Assembly: GCF_006345805.1 (NCBI RefSeq)
Contig: NC_043006.1
Location: forward strand, 15,686,001 to 15,750,000
Length of the DNA: 64,000 nt
Direction: 5' to 3'
DNA from: Octopus sinensis
Lineage: Eukaryota
Positions 13,070 through 26,570 of this stretch are shown here, one piece after another. Position 1 is the stretch's first letter; each line of letters opens with the position of its first letter. A model generated the notes under the pieces. It was not told where the DNA came from. It saw only the letters and a program-made list of their open reading frames with translations, and made no database searches. A program made the translations under genes and the position numbers.

Positions 13070-13070
<1 letters not shown>
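9912..13070 (-). mobile_element. CR1/L2-group non-LTR retrotransposon (LINE), ORF2 nearly complete
   Basis: APE endonuclease motifs (NIGGL, ETHL, RTDR..GGVAVY, DFNFP, LDL, SDHN) and RT motifs (NYRPISLTS, QHGFR, YLDFAKAFDKVDH, VPQGTVLGPLLF, YADD); poly(A) tail at 9912-9918; TA runs on both sides. Confidence 0.93.
9976..12970 (-). pseudogene. Disrupted LINE ORF2 (APE endonuclease + reverse transcriptase)
   Basis: Collinear ORF-track pieces 12719-13120, 12176-12694, 11605-12111, 10732-11559, 10376-10651 and 9976-10326, separated by a few stops/frameshifts. Confidence 0.9.
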
Positions 13071-13112
<42 letters not shown>

Positions 13113-14411
13113 ATTTGCATATATATTTATATATGCATATACTTGTATAAATATATATTTGCATATGTGTATACACACACAAATATTATCATCATCAATT
13201 TACCTCAGACGAATCTGTAACACCTTTCTCTACATCCTACTATCTTTTTCACACATGAAGACTCTGATATGAGAACCTGATTTTATATCAGTATCCGCTC
13301 TGAGCATTTTTCGAAGGACCTTCATTCCTCCTGCTCTGTGTCGTCTATTTCCTGATAATGCCCAAAATTAAAATATGTATGTGCGTATGTATGTATGAAT
13401 GTATTAATGTACACACTGCAACTCAAAAAAGACGATAAATAATTATGTATAGTTACATACGCCTTTGGCTAAAATTGTCATTAAGCCATAAATTTCTACA
13501 CGGTACAGTTAGAAACATTTCCTTTTCTCACTAACATTTAATTCGAAATTGCTGCAGTCTAATTTATATATCTTTTATGGTTTAATAACCGTATTTTTTG
13601 TGTAGTTTTTTATTGTATTTCTAGTGAATGTTTATGGTTGTGAATTTTTTCTACAGATTTCTTTCAGATATCCAAAGTTTCGGCTATATTTTTGTATTGA
13701 AAATGACGAAGAATTCGCATGATTTTCGTGGGTGGTTTTTATCGAAAGTTTTTGCTGACATCACATGATGAATCAATTTTTGCTACTTTTTCAGTATTCA
13801 ATTATGGAAGTCTGCATATTGGTAGAATCGTTACATTGTCATATAATATCTCATGAACTATCTCTTCCGCCTTCATGCTTTCCGGTTTCAATCCCCTTGG
13901 GTTCCCCTTTACTTTTTATCCTTTCGTGGGCAATGCCATCGACTCCGGTACCATCAAATACTGAGGTCAGCAATAAGGGACGGAATTATTAATGCCAGGG
14001 TTCTCCCCATTTATTTCCTTATTGACTGTTTCTGCCTGAATCTGACGCCATTATAATGGAAGATAAAGTGCACTGAATATAGTTAAATCTTTTAGGAAAA
14101 TGCCTTGTATTATTTAATTAAGGCTCTTCGTTTTTTAGTTGAAATCCTCCTGAGGTGAACATTGATTTAAAAACCGCTCTAATGAAACTATAGGGTGTTA
14201 TTCAGGCACTCAACTATAAGTCCACTCCATCCTATAGCAGAAACGGCTGTAAGCTAATGAAGTGCATAACGTGAACTTTTCTTTTTTCTTTGTCATTTGA
14301 TATTTTCTTGTTAACTCTTTATACTCGTCAAGAATTCGTTCTGAAGCATACGTATATTGAGTTCTACCCCTGGTTATTTGTCTCGCAATGCCTAAGCGAA
14401 ATATATATACA

Positions 14412-14812
14412 GGAGTGGCTGTGTGGTAAGTAGCTTGCTTACCAACCACATGCTTCCGGGTTCAGTCCCACTGCGTGGCACCTTGGGCAAGTATCTTCTA
14501 CTATAGCCTCGAGCCGACCAAAGCCGTGAGTGGATTTGGTAGACGGAAACTGAAAGAAGCCCATCGTATATATATATATGTATATATATGTGTGTGCTTG
14601 CGTGTGTTTGTATGTCTGTGTCTGTCCCCACCCAACATCGCTTCACTGCCGATGCTGGTGTATTTGCATCCCGTGGTTTAGTGGTTCGGCAGGAGGGACC
14701 TATAGAATAAGTCCTAGGCTTACAAAGAATAAGTCCTGGGGTCGATTTGCTCGACTAAAGGCGGTGCTTTAGCATGGCCGCAGTCAAAGGACTGAAACAA
14801 GTAAAAGAAAAA
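14412..14812 (+). mobile_element. tRNA-derived SINE family A (CORE-like domain, LINE-derived tail)
   Basis: GGAGTGGCTGTGTGGTAAG head, GGTTCAGTCCC B-box-like, CCTTGGGCAAGT CORE-like motif, TA tract, tail GGCGGTGC..AGCATGGCCGCAG..CTGAAAC. Confidence 0.9.
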
Positions 14813-14815
14813 AAA

Positions 14816-14885
<70 letters not shown>

Positions 14886-14887
14886 GA

Positions 14888-15303
14888 ACGAGAAAGAAGC
14901 AACAAGAATGGATTAGTTTTTAGTACAATTGTTTCATACAAAGACAGGCTTTATTAAAAGTTGCAAATATTGCAGCAGATAAAAGTGTCCCGTACTCATC
15001 AGCTAAAATACATCTGAGTTCTCCAAACATCTTAGTGGGTGAGGCTATACTCATGAAGTATTGGAGATAATTTCATTAAAAGCAGATTTAGGTTGTAAAC
15101 AGATTTCCGAAGTTCCTTAATGATGATGCACAGTCTTATCACAGGTTTTTAAAAAAAGCTTATTAGCTTCACAGAGAAGGTGAATTTATAATCACCCCAC
15201 ATTACTGTATGGTTAACACCATATAGTTTTCTGGTGCATCTAAGTTAAGTACCACATTCAAGTAAATTCATTGGAATTGACTTGAATCTTAATTGCTTTT
15301 ATT
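14888..15303 (-). mobile_element. Family H1 monomer (~416 bp), hammerhead-bearing
   Basis: Homologous to 2203-2879; between TA runs. Confidence 0.7.
14918..15008 (-). ncRNA. Type I hammerhead ribozyme motif (H1)
   Basis: UUUUAG-CUGAUGA-stem II-GAAA-CAAUUG-UA-CUAAAA; helix III stays palindromic despite two substitutions versus the 2.8-kb copy. Confidence 0.75.
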
Positions 15304-15334
15304 GTATATATGTATATGTATACTGTCAACTTAA

Positions 15335-15575
15335 TGTGACAGTCCCATGAAGGGAATAGTACTACTGCTATTTAGCCCTAGGAAGCAGCTTTCTGTCGGC
15401 CTTGGCACATTTCCTGTGTCCTTGTGTTTGCAAGGGGGGAGATAAGCACCTCCACCCTGCTAAGCCTGCACAGTCAGAGACTAGTTTCTGAGTCTTTGCT
15501 CGTCATCAGTCTGGTGTAACATGGCCTGCTATTTGCAGATGCCTATCTAGCCTTTGCAAACCTATAAGAATTCTA
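15335..15575 (-). mobile_element. Short hammerhead-bearing element (family H3), distantly related to H5
   Basis: Shares the CTACTG..TTTAGCCCYAGGAAG motif and an enclosing inverted repeat with 55494-55746. Confidence 0.5.
15474..15512 (-). ncRNA. Minimal Type I hammerhead motif (H3)
   Basis: CAGA-CUGAUGA-C-GAG(CAAAGA)CUC-A-GAAA-CUAG-UC-UCUG; palindromic ACUAGU, GUC triplet; short stems. Confidence 0.6.
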
Positions 15576-15663
15576 GTGAAATACATTCACTGACTTCAAA
15601 AATAGAAATAGTACATTTCTAAATATCTCAGGTACCTGTGTGTGTGTGTGAGTTTGTGTGTGT

Positions 15664-15699
<36 letters not shown>

Positions 15700-16105
15700 A
15701 GTCTGTGAGTGTGTGTGTGTGTGTGTGTGTATGCGTACCTTTGGGTTTGTTCCCACCACCGCGCTTGAAAACCGGTGAAAGTTTCTTTTCGTCCTTGTAA
15801 CGTGGTGATCCGCTGAAAATAGACAATAAAACAAGTAGCAGACTCCCTCCCTTCTCCTTCCTCTCTTTCTCCTCCCTATCTTCCTCTCTTTCTCTCCTCC
15901 TCCTCCTCCTCACCATTCTCCTTATCCTCATTGTCTCATCCTCTTTATCATCATCGTCATCATTATCGTTTTTGTTTATGTCTGAGGAATGCTGAATCAG
16001 TTAGAAACCAATTCTGGAACAGGTCATTCAGTTGTTAGAACAAACGATTCGTCAGCATCGATCGACAGAGATCCACCTTCACCATCATTATCTACAATAT
16101 ACAGT

Positions 16106-16488
16106 GGAGGTGCAATGGCCTAGTGGTTAGGGCAGCGGACTCGCGGTCATAGGATCGCGGTTTCGATTCCCTGACCGGGCGCTGTGAGTGTTTATTGAGC
16201 GAAAACACCTAAAAAGCTCCACGAGGCTCCGGCAGGGGATGGTGGTGATCCCTGCTGTACTCTTTCACCACAACTTTCTCTCACTCTTACTTCCTGTTTC
16301 TGTTGTACCTGTATTTCAAAGGGCCGGCCTTGTCACTCTCTGTGTCACGCTGAATATCCCCGAGAACTACGTTAAGGGTACACGTGTCTGTGGAGTGCTC
16401 AGCCACTTACACGTTAATTTCACGAGCAGGCTGTTCTGTTGATTCGGATCAACCGGAACCCTCGTCGTCGTAACCGACGGAGTGCTTC
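16106..16488 (+). mobile_element. tRNA-derived SINE family C, full length
   Basis: TGGCCTAGTGG A box, GTTTCGATTCC B box, pyrimidine tract, tail GGAACCCTCGTCGTCGTAACCGACGGAGTGC. Confidence 0.85.
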
Positions 16489-18059
16489 CACTACAATATA
16501 TATTATATGTTACATAATTAATTCATTACATATTAAAGTATATTATCTTCCGAATTCTTATTTATACTTTCCATATATAGTACGTAGCACCATAAATTCA
16601 TACCAGAAACATTTGCATACAATTTACACGCCCATGGTTTTAATATTTAAGCTAATATAGATTTAATGTCCTCTCACAATATATTTTCAAACGAACTCAA
16701 CATTAAAAAGATATCGAAGTATAAATTATAGTAGTATAGTTTTAACTATTGATAATTTATGATAATCTGGTATTTTTAAACAATCTTTTTGTATTTCATT
16801 TCCTTTTAAGTAATCCTTTGAAAATTTATTATTTTCATATGTTCGCCATCAACGAATATTTTAAATTGTTTAACATTCATAGAAAAACAATTCTAAAATA
16901 TTGTTTACAAAGACAATGTTGGGTTTGTTTTTATATTTTGTATTCATGTTATTTTGAACGTATATCGACAGCTGAATCTCACCACAAGCTAAAGTTTACC
17001 GATTTAAATACCATATGAAAAAAAGTGATCTTTAAGTGATTTCTACTTAATCGAACAGCTGTAAATTTAATAAAATAATGCTTATTTTATTTTTCATTGA
17101 AACAATTTGTCGACTCAAACTTTATTCCCATACAAAAGATTCCATGAGCTAATAAACAACATAATATATGACTATACATACACCTATATGAATATATTTT
17201 ACTATAATATGTGTGCGATTACTTACACTTAAAACAATACCTTATACAACTTTTTATGGAAAATGTTTGTGTGTATTTATATAGATACATGTGTGTGTAT
17301 ATGTGCGGGAAAGGCAGAAATTGAGAGAATGCTTATAATTAGATGTAGACTGAATTTTTCCGTCGTGATATTTTTCTTTACATTTTTTCGGGTGTTTTTC
17401 AACCAGAAATTCATCGATTTGTTTAAGTGAATTTACTATAAATATCTACTTTCTCGACGTAATATTTAACTAAATAAATAAATTTTCAGGTGACTTTTTT
17501 TTTATTCTTTTAACTAACTAGAACCGTAGTCTGGATTACATGCTAAAAAGAGTGCATTTCTCAAGAGATTTGGTTTTCAAATATAGCGCAGATATAGGTT
17601 TAAGTTATTTATTTCAAGAAACAACAACAAAAGTTTGTGTGGTGTCTGCCGAGGATCATGTAATTTTTACGATTCTCAAACTAAAATACAAATCTGAAGG
17701 TGTCAACTACCCAAGTTAGATACCCAAGAATTTGTGCCTACCGAAGGATCAGTGTTTTGTATCTAGTGACTGTTATTTTACTAACTAATTAAATCTCAAG
17801 AATATAAATAAAGATAAGCTATTTTTACATCGTTGGTTTTCAAGCAATGTCTCTCAAGGACTAAGTACTCTGTGGATATTTTATAAATAAAATTGGAAGT
17901 TTTAAAAAAAAGCCTTAAATTTTATTTAAAACTTCCAAATGCTTGTGATTGAGACATAGAAAATATGCTATTCATAAGTTCATAATATTGAAAATAATTA
18001 GTATTTTTAATGAAACAACACACGCAATAGTAAATGTAAATAGTAAATAGTAAAAGCGT

Positions 18060-18494
18060 AGGAGTGGCTGTGTGGTAAGTAGCTTGCTTACGAACCACGT
18101 GGTTCCGGGTTCAGTCCCACCTTGGGCAAGTGTCTTCTACTATAGCCTCGGTCCAACCAAAGCCTTGTGAGTGGATTTGGTAGACGGAAACTGAAAAAGA
18201 AGCCCGCTAAGTTACGGGGACGTAAACACACCAGCATCGGTTGTCAAGCGATGTTGGGGGGACACATACTGACACACAAACATATACACACACACATACA
18301 ATATATATATATGTTTGTCCCCCCCCAACATCGCTTCACAACCGATGCTGGTGTATATACGTCCCCGTAACTTAGCAGTTCGGCGAAAGAGACCGATAGA
18401 ATAAGTACTAGGCTTACAAAGAATAAGTCCTGGGGTCAATTTGCTCGATTAAAGGCGGTGCTCAAATGACTGAAACAAGTATAAGAGTAAAAGA
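18060..18494 (+). mobile_element. SINE family A with internal inverted duplication
   Basis: Head and tail as at 14412; ~18207-18300 is the reverse complement of the body that follows. Confidence 0.85.
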
Positions 18495-19509
18495 GTATTT
18501 AAAAGCGGTTTAACTTTCATACGTAATCCTCACTTTTCATATGTGTCTGTGTGTGTGTGTGTGTATATATATATATGTGTGTGTCTATATGCGTTTGTTT
18601 GTCCTCCACTACCACTTGACAACCAGTGTTGCTATATTTACATCCTCGTAATTTGGCGGTTCGGCAAAAGAGCCCGATAGCATAAGTAACGGGCTTTAAA
18701 AAATAAGAATCAATAACTTTGGTAGTTTAGGTTGGTTTTGAGATGCTCTGAAAGAAAAATCTCAACTCATTTCAGCAGGAAAAATAGGTATAGACAGTCT
18801 TTTTGCTCATAGAAACTTGTTGATAATTCTCAATAAAAAAAAAAAATATATATATATAATATATAATATATATATATATATATATATACATCGATGTCTA
18901 GTTTCATATAAGACGATGCGATATTTTGTCAGTGATTTATACCACAAGCTTTTGTGATTCAATTATTAACCCTAATGGCAGCACTATATTAAAAAAAAAT
19001 TATCGTTGACGTTTATGAAAATCAAAACATTAATGTCTGCTATTAATCAAGGTTCCTTATTACATACCAACAGAAATATGAAATATTTCGTGATTTCCTC
19101 AGAGGCTGTAATTAGGTTACGGGTTTTACTGAATTAATAAAAGATAGGTTTTGTTTTACTTAATTCCAACTAAATTATAAAAGCAAAATTATATGTCTCT
19201 ATAATTCTTTAGGACAAATGATATTCAATGGGAACCACTCAGTTCTTACGCGTTATCATATTTTATTTGCAGAAAAAAATCCCAGAGCTGCAAGATATAA
19301 ACTATCTTTTAGAGGTATTTTCAATGCGCTAGTGTTCATATTAACCCCGTTTATAATATCAATAAAAACGACAGTGAAAGTAATTCTGATTGTCATGATA
19401 ATTATCATTATCATGAACACGACATTTATCATCGGTTTTGATGTCATCATCGTCATCATCGTCATAAATAAAATAATGAAAATCCTTTCTACTAAAGCAA
19501 CAAGATATT

Positions 19510-19685
19510 AAGGTGGAGGGAGCAAGTCGACTACATCGATCCCAATAATCAACTGGTAGGAACCGAAATAATGAAAGGCAAAGTCGACCTTGGCGGAATT
19601 TGAACCCACAAAGTAAAGCCGGAAGAAAGCTCAATAAGCATTTTGTCCTGCGTGCTAACAACTTTTGAGCACGGGTTTGGTGTAA
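19510..19685 (-). mobile_element. tRNA-derived SINE family B fragment
   Basis: Reverse complement of GTTCAAATTCCGCC(A/G)AGGTCGACTTTGCCTTTCAT. Confidence 0.7.
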
Positions 19686-19827
19686 TCGACTGTCTCTCCT
19701 CCCCGCAAAAATTTAGGTCTTGTGCCTATAGTAGAAATTATGATTATTATTATTATCATCATCATCATCATCATCATCCTCATCATCATCATCATCATCA
19801 TCATTATTATTATTATTATTATTATTA

Positions 19828-19861
<34 letters not shown>

Positions 19862-19875
19862 GTTATTATTATTGA

Positions 19876-20095
19876 AGGTAGCAAGGCGGTGAGCTGGCAG
19901 AATCGTTAGCACACCGGACGAAGTGCTTAGCGGTATTACGCCCGTCGCTACGTTCTGAGTTCAAATTCCGCAGAGATCGACTTTTATTTTCATCCTTTCG
20001 AGATCGATAAATTAAGTACCAGTGAAACACTGTAATCGACTACTACCCCGCCCTAAAAATTTCAGGTTTTGTGCCTATAGTAGAAAGGATTATTA
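19876..20095 (+). mobile_element. tRNA-derived SINE family B
   Basis: GGCGGTGAGCTGGCAGAATCGTTAGC head, GAGTTCAAATTCC B box, tail GTGCCTATAGTAGAAAGGATTATT. Confidence 0.85.
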
Positions 20096-20129
20096 TTGAA
20101 GGTGGCGAGCTGTCAAAACCGTCAGCACA

Positions 20130-21400
20130 CTGGGCAAAAAGCTTAGCACATCCGTGCCTGTCGAGTTTATCTCGATCCTCCGATAGCACTGCCAGGCCAA
20201 GGACAACTGGAAAATATCCATGATAGTTCCCGACCGGAAAGTCCTCCACAACAGACTAGCAGGTTCGTTTTCGTCGGCGCTCAGAGTCTCCCTTAGAACG
20301 TCGTCGCACTTCCACACCACTAATCCTCCATAAATTTCTAAAAGTCAACATCCACGGATCCCATTGCCCGACTGGTAGAGGGATGTGAGCACCTGACAAC
20401 ATTCCCGGTGCCTGATGAGCCTCACAAACGGAGCCCACACACGCTCACAGTCCAGAAATTGTTGCCGGTGGTGTTACCTAAGAATGTTTCTGCACATTAG
20501 GACCCACAGCCTAGCTGATCCGCCACTCGGAGGATTCTGGCAACAGACTGACCACCTGAACATTGAAACGCATCCCTTACACAAGAATTTTAATTAGACA
20601 CGCTCCAAGCTGGTCAAACAGTAACCGAGACAAGGCACGACGGTCAGGCGCGAGGTAATAACAGAGGCGATGTAACCTCTACCCGAATTTTCGCCACCCC
20701 TACCCGACCTTTCAAGAACAGTTTCCTCTCAGCCCATTTCAAGGTAAGACCGGCCACCATGTTTTCTACCTCGTCCAGTTCTTATCAAGCCGGAGGTCGG
20801 GACTAGACCAGACCCCAAGCAGTTTAAGTGCTCCGTTGGTCTAGCATCCGACGACTCCGTCCGATGGCATAGTCTTGCCTCTCCAGGAGAGCAACCACAA
20901 ACCCACTGATTTGTCGGCGTTGATTTTAGCCCCTGCAAGCGACTCATAATTCTTTTAGGATGGGGCCGACCGTCTTCACTTCGGAGGTGTTCGACACCAT
21001 GACGGTGACCCGTCCGCGTATGACGACACAGCCGTTCCCTGTCCCGGGTCGAAAGGGATGTCCCTAAGGTGTTCCAACTTCTGAAGCAGTGGCTCGAGTG
21101 CCACTACGTACAGAAAGGGTGACAGCGGGCAATCCTGATGGACTAAGCAAGCGATGCCAAACGGCTCCGATAGGCGGCAGTTTATTTGAACCACGAACAG
21201 GTGCTGCTGTGCATTGCAGCGATCTAGTCTTCGAAAACGGGCCCGAAACACCCTGCTTTCAAGTAGCGGTGGTCGACCCTATCGTGGATAGACCTGCTCG
21301 GTACTGCGCACGTTTGCGACTGTCCGACCAAGCTACCGACGACAGGCACAAACCTTTTCACTAACACCTTGGCCAAAATCTTAAGCTGTGTTTTTAGCAG
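20130..21400 (-). pseudogene. Decayed Tx1/L1-clade LINE reverse transcriptase fragment
   Basis: Minus-strand peptides NTQLKILAKVLVKRF..QTCAVPSRSIHD, RVDHRYL, INCRLSEPF..VHQDCPLSPFLYVVALEPLLQKL..SYAD and LCKGCVSMFRWSVCCQNPPSGG resemble Tx1-type RT. Confidence 0.75.
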
Positions 21401-22109
21401 TTATGGACCGAAAATTCTCTAGTACGTCCCCATTGCTGGTGTCCATCCTTTATTGCTGTTGTTGTTGCTGTTGTTGTTGTTGTTACTGTTGTTAAGCAAC
21501 AAGACGGGTAAGGGTGATTAGGTGATGGTCTAGGGCTTAGGGGCGAGAGACCCCAGACCTTGGAAAAAAAACTTTGGTCGTCTTGTTGTAGTCGAGGGTT
21601 CCTGTTGAGGCCCTCGAAGTCGCTGGAAATGGAGATCTCCAGGTCCAAATTCTTGAACGGCTGCTGTTGCTGCTATTGCTACTGCTGCTGCTTTTGTTGC
21701 TGCTTTTACTGTTGTTGTTGTTGTTTGTTATTGGAATGGTCATTTTGTTTTGCTTGCTTACTTGACTAGTAGTCACGCCAAAAGGCGAAGAACTGTCGCC
21801 CTCTCTCGTTTTTGTGACAAGGCATTCCTTTGCCTCCCTGCTTTCTCATCGACAACAGAAACCCCCTTGAAACTATTTGCTGCTGTCACTGAGCAAAAAT
21901 TCTAAATTTTTCCACGGATAATAAAAAATGGAATGAATTTGATAAGTCCCCCAAGAAATAGGGGTCTTTTAACAAAAAAGGAACTCACCAGCAGAAGAAG
22001 GATCCCTTATTCTCCACCCTGGTTGAAAATGACAGGGAAACCCCATTACTTTCTCGATAAAACTGACGATAGAGAGCTGAGGTGAAGTGCGGCTTCCTCG
22101 GCTGACGGC

Positions 22110-22151
<42 letters not shown>

Positions 22152-22188
22152 TAATAATAATAATATGATAATAATAATAATAATAATA

Positions 22189-22221
<33 letters not shown>

Positions 22222-22308
22222 TAATAATAATAATGATAATAATAATGGCGCTGCCCCAGCATGGCCACAGCTCATTAGCTGAAACTAGAAAAATCAAAAT
22301 CAAAATCA

Positions 22309-22352
<44 letters not shown>

Positions 22353-22359
22353 TAATAAA

Positions 22360-22410
<51 letters not shown>

Positions 22411-22412
<2 letters not shown>

Positions 22413-22695
22413 GGGAACCGAAAATTATATGAGAATGATCCCTGGCTTACCATCCCTGCAAGAAGTGCAAAAGATTGTCTTAACTGGTACATCACATGTA
22501 TTGAGAAGAGCATTGTCGATGTGAGAATTGTTGCTGCTCATGTATTTTAATTTAACTCAAAAAAAAAAAAAAAAATTAACGAACTATTGAGTTTGGTGTA
22601 ATGGCCTACCAATGTATACTATGAGTTTCTTTGCCCTAGGAGTCGGGAAGACACTCGGCAAGAAATGGAAGCAAATTTGAAAGAAGAAAAAAAAA
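22411..22695 (+). mobile_element. 5'-truncated R4/Dong-like element, lineage F1
   Basis: Near-identical to the reverse complement of 45470-45760 (ENYMRMIPGLPSLQEVQKIVLTGTSHVLRRALS plus 3' UTR and poly A); inside a (TAA)n array. Confidence 0.85.
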
Positions 22696-22699
22696 TAAT

Positions 22700-22733
<34 letters not shown>

Positions 22734-22770
22734 TAATAATGATGATATAATAATATAATAATAATAATAA

Positions 22771-22801
<31 letters not shown>

Positions 22802-22888
22802 AATGATAATAATAATAATAATAATAATAAAATAATAATAATAATAATAATAATAATGATAATAATAATAATAATAATAATAATATAA

Positions 22889-22919
<31 letters not shown>

Positions 22920-22965
22920 AATATATAATAATAATAATAATAATAATAAAATAATAATAATGATA

Positions 22966-23032
<67 letters not shown>

Positions 23033-23639
23033 TTAATAATACACTCATACGATGAGACCTGAGGTTATCCTCAGTTTAGGCAATGCATTTTTCTTCTTCC
23101 CAGGCCAATCTCTGATGAACACCAATAAATGTGCGACGGTCTAAACTGAAAAGCTATATCCGCGTTACCAACCATCAGCCGTCTTCGCACTAAATAGAGT
23201 CGTAAATGTTTTGTGTGTCGGAAGTGCGATAAATTAAAATTGAGAGTAATAAAAATGTTCGCTGTTTTCTTTTAACTCTGTAACACAAATTCATTGCCCT
23301 CTTCGGTTACACATAAATTAGAATTATAGATGTATTGCCTTCACAATCACATACTTAGATACATACTCATCAACGCACACATACACATGCGTATATGTAT
23401 GTGTATGTGTGCATCAATATGCCAGAGTAAGTGTTTGCAGACGTATAACGCATTACATATGGTCAAAAATCAAGTAATTTTTTTAGGAGGGAGTCAATAT
23501 TTTTTTAATATTTTCTCAGCAACTTTCCACAATCAGGTGACCATGAACTTGGGAAACAATTTTCCAACAAAATTTGTTTAAAGTTCCCTATCTTTCTTTC
23601 TCGTTCTACCTTCATAAACACACACACACACACACACAT

Positions 23640-23670
<31 letters not shown>

Positions 23671-23964
23671 ATATTTTTTTATAATTATGAGTATAATTAT
23701 AATTAGGGTTCAACAAAAAATGTGCTTAGCCACATACCCGAACTTTAGAAATAACAGCCAAAAAACTGAGATATTTCTTCTACTATACGAAGCAACTCCC
23801 AGACAAACATATACTCAAAACAACCCACGTAGGCATAGAGGAAAATAACAACGAAAATTCACTCAGTATTTCTGAGTTAGATCGATATGAAAATGCAAAG
23901 TTCACATTTTCATTCGATCATTCTCTTCATCAGCACAAGATTCAAGCTACATATATATATATAT

Positions 23965-24127
23965 AGGGAGAGTTTACGAAAAAAACAAGACGAAGACAGG
24001 TGGTGTATTAGTATAACGCTCAGGAATAGAAAAAGTCTTTTTCGTTTCGAGCCTACGCTCTTCTACAGAAATGGACACAGAAAAAACAAGGAGAGAAAAA
24101 AATGTGTGTAGTGGCTAACGATCTATC
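23965..24127 (-). mobile_element. Short repeat (family H6) with degenerate hammerhead-like motif
   Basis: Minus strand CTGTAGA-A-GAGC(GTAG)GCTC-GAAACG; homologous to 58866-58990 and 63826-63860; TA-flanked. Confidence 0.45.
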
Positions 24128-24211
24128 ATATATATATATATATTCTTTTCTAATTTCAGCCCGAGGGCTGCGGTTATATATATAGATATATGTGTGGGTA
24201 TATATCTATAT

Positions 24212-24250
<39 letters not shown>

Positions 24251-24374
24251 CACACTTATAAATAAAACTTATTTATAAGTTGTTTATAATAAGTTGTTTA
24301 TAATTTAACTTTTAAAGGTATTTTTAATATGCTGGCCATTGATAAAATTTTTTTTCGAAAAAATTTTATCCTAC

Positions 24375-24411
<37 letters not shown>

Positions 24412-24443
24412 GTGTATGTATGTATGTTATGTATGTATGTATG

Positions 24444-24477
<34 letters not shown>

Positions 24478-25155
24478 TACATGCATATATGGGTACAGAA
24501 CGTCACTAACAGTGCAAACAACATGAAATATGTAAACAAACGTAAACAACAAGGAAAAGAGGGAAAAGGTGGACGGGAGACATACATACAGAAGGCAATA
24601 CTGAACATTTCCTGGCTTTAAGGTTGTCGCGAAAGGACTGGTTGGCAGCCCAGCCATCCGACTTCTTTAATATGGCTTAGAAAAACGGAAAAAACCGTTG
24701 CAATAAGTGTGTGAATCTAAGAGGGGAATATATTGAATAAAATTACAATTAACTGATCTTACTGTATTTTCTTTTACACAAAACCAGAAATTTTTCAGCA
24801 TCCTTTCGTATATATCGTTCTATTTGTCTGTGAATCGCTCTCTGTAGCCTTTCTACAGGCTGTGTCAAAATAAGCTTACATTCACCACACTTGATAGGGA
24901 TTTCAATAGTGAGCTCACAATATTTACGAGAAACTAAAGCTATAATAAAAATTAAAATAGAAGACACGTTGGCTACATGAAGGCACCTTTGTCCTCTACC
25001 TAACTTCTCTAGCTCCATATTAATAACCGTGTAATTTATGGGAGATGTTTCATCGCACTCCGTCGAAAGACTTTCTATATAAACTTTTTAAATTTCGAAA
25101 TTTTCAGAATATAGATATTGAAATATATAATGTATATTTCACTATATATACAGCA

Positions 25156-25549
25156 GGAGTGGCTGTGTGGTAAGTAGCTTGTTTACCAACCACATGGTTC
25201 CAGGTTCAGTCCCACTGCGTGGCACCTTGGGCAAGTGTCTTCTACTATAGCTTCGGGCCGACCAAAACCTTGTGAGTGGATTTGGCAGACGGAAACTGAA
25301 AGAAGCCCGTCGTATATATGTATATATATATATATATATGCGTGTTTATGTGTCTGTGTTTGTCCCCCCAACATTGCTTGACAACCGATGCTGGTGTGTT
25401 TATGTCCCCGTAACTTAGCGGTTCGGCAAAAGACACCGATAGAATAAGTACTTGGCTTACAAAAGAATAAGTCCTGGGGTCGAGTTGCTCGATTAAAGGT
25501 GGTGCTCCAGCATGGCCGCAGTCAAATGACTGAAACAAGTAAAAGAGTA
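25156..25549 (+). mobile_element. SINE family A
   Basis: Full head-body-tail match. Confidence 0.9.
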
Positions 25550-25553
25550 TATA

Positions 25554-25585
<32 letters not shown>

Positions 25586-25740
25586 GTGTTTGTAAAATGG
25601 ATGTTATAAAACTATTCCGCACATGCAATAACAGTCATACCAGCAATCCAACATCCCACCGTCATCAGTTTCCCCACGGATATCACTATGGTTTTTTACA
25701 CCTGGGCAATACCATTCAATCCGGCGTTGCCAACAGGACT

Positions 25741-26300
<560 letters not shown>

Positions 26301-26331
26301 GAGTGTATATTGAAATATATGATGTATATTT

Positions 26332-26380
<49 letters not shown>

Positions 26381-26570
26381 AACTGAACTACAAATTAAAC
26401 TTATTTTGCCAAATTTTAACTCTATTTCCTGAATGTTTCCAATATATTTAATCACGATCAACATATATTCTTTATAGTGGCGGACACGCTTTGTAAATAT
26501 AATCATTTCTTATTTTCGTACAAAACCAGCAAATATGGGGTAAATATTTTATTGATCCGCAAAAGGATGA

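Noticed and set aside
14412-14480. tRNA genes at SINE heads
   Set aside because: A/B-box-like heads run directly into SINE bodies; no complete cloverleaf.
23895-23945. Minus-strand CTGATGA..GAAA with a paired helix III
   Set aside because: No stem I or stem II pairing. Other CTGANGA hits (8727, 15983, 22064, 23112, 37801) also fail.
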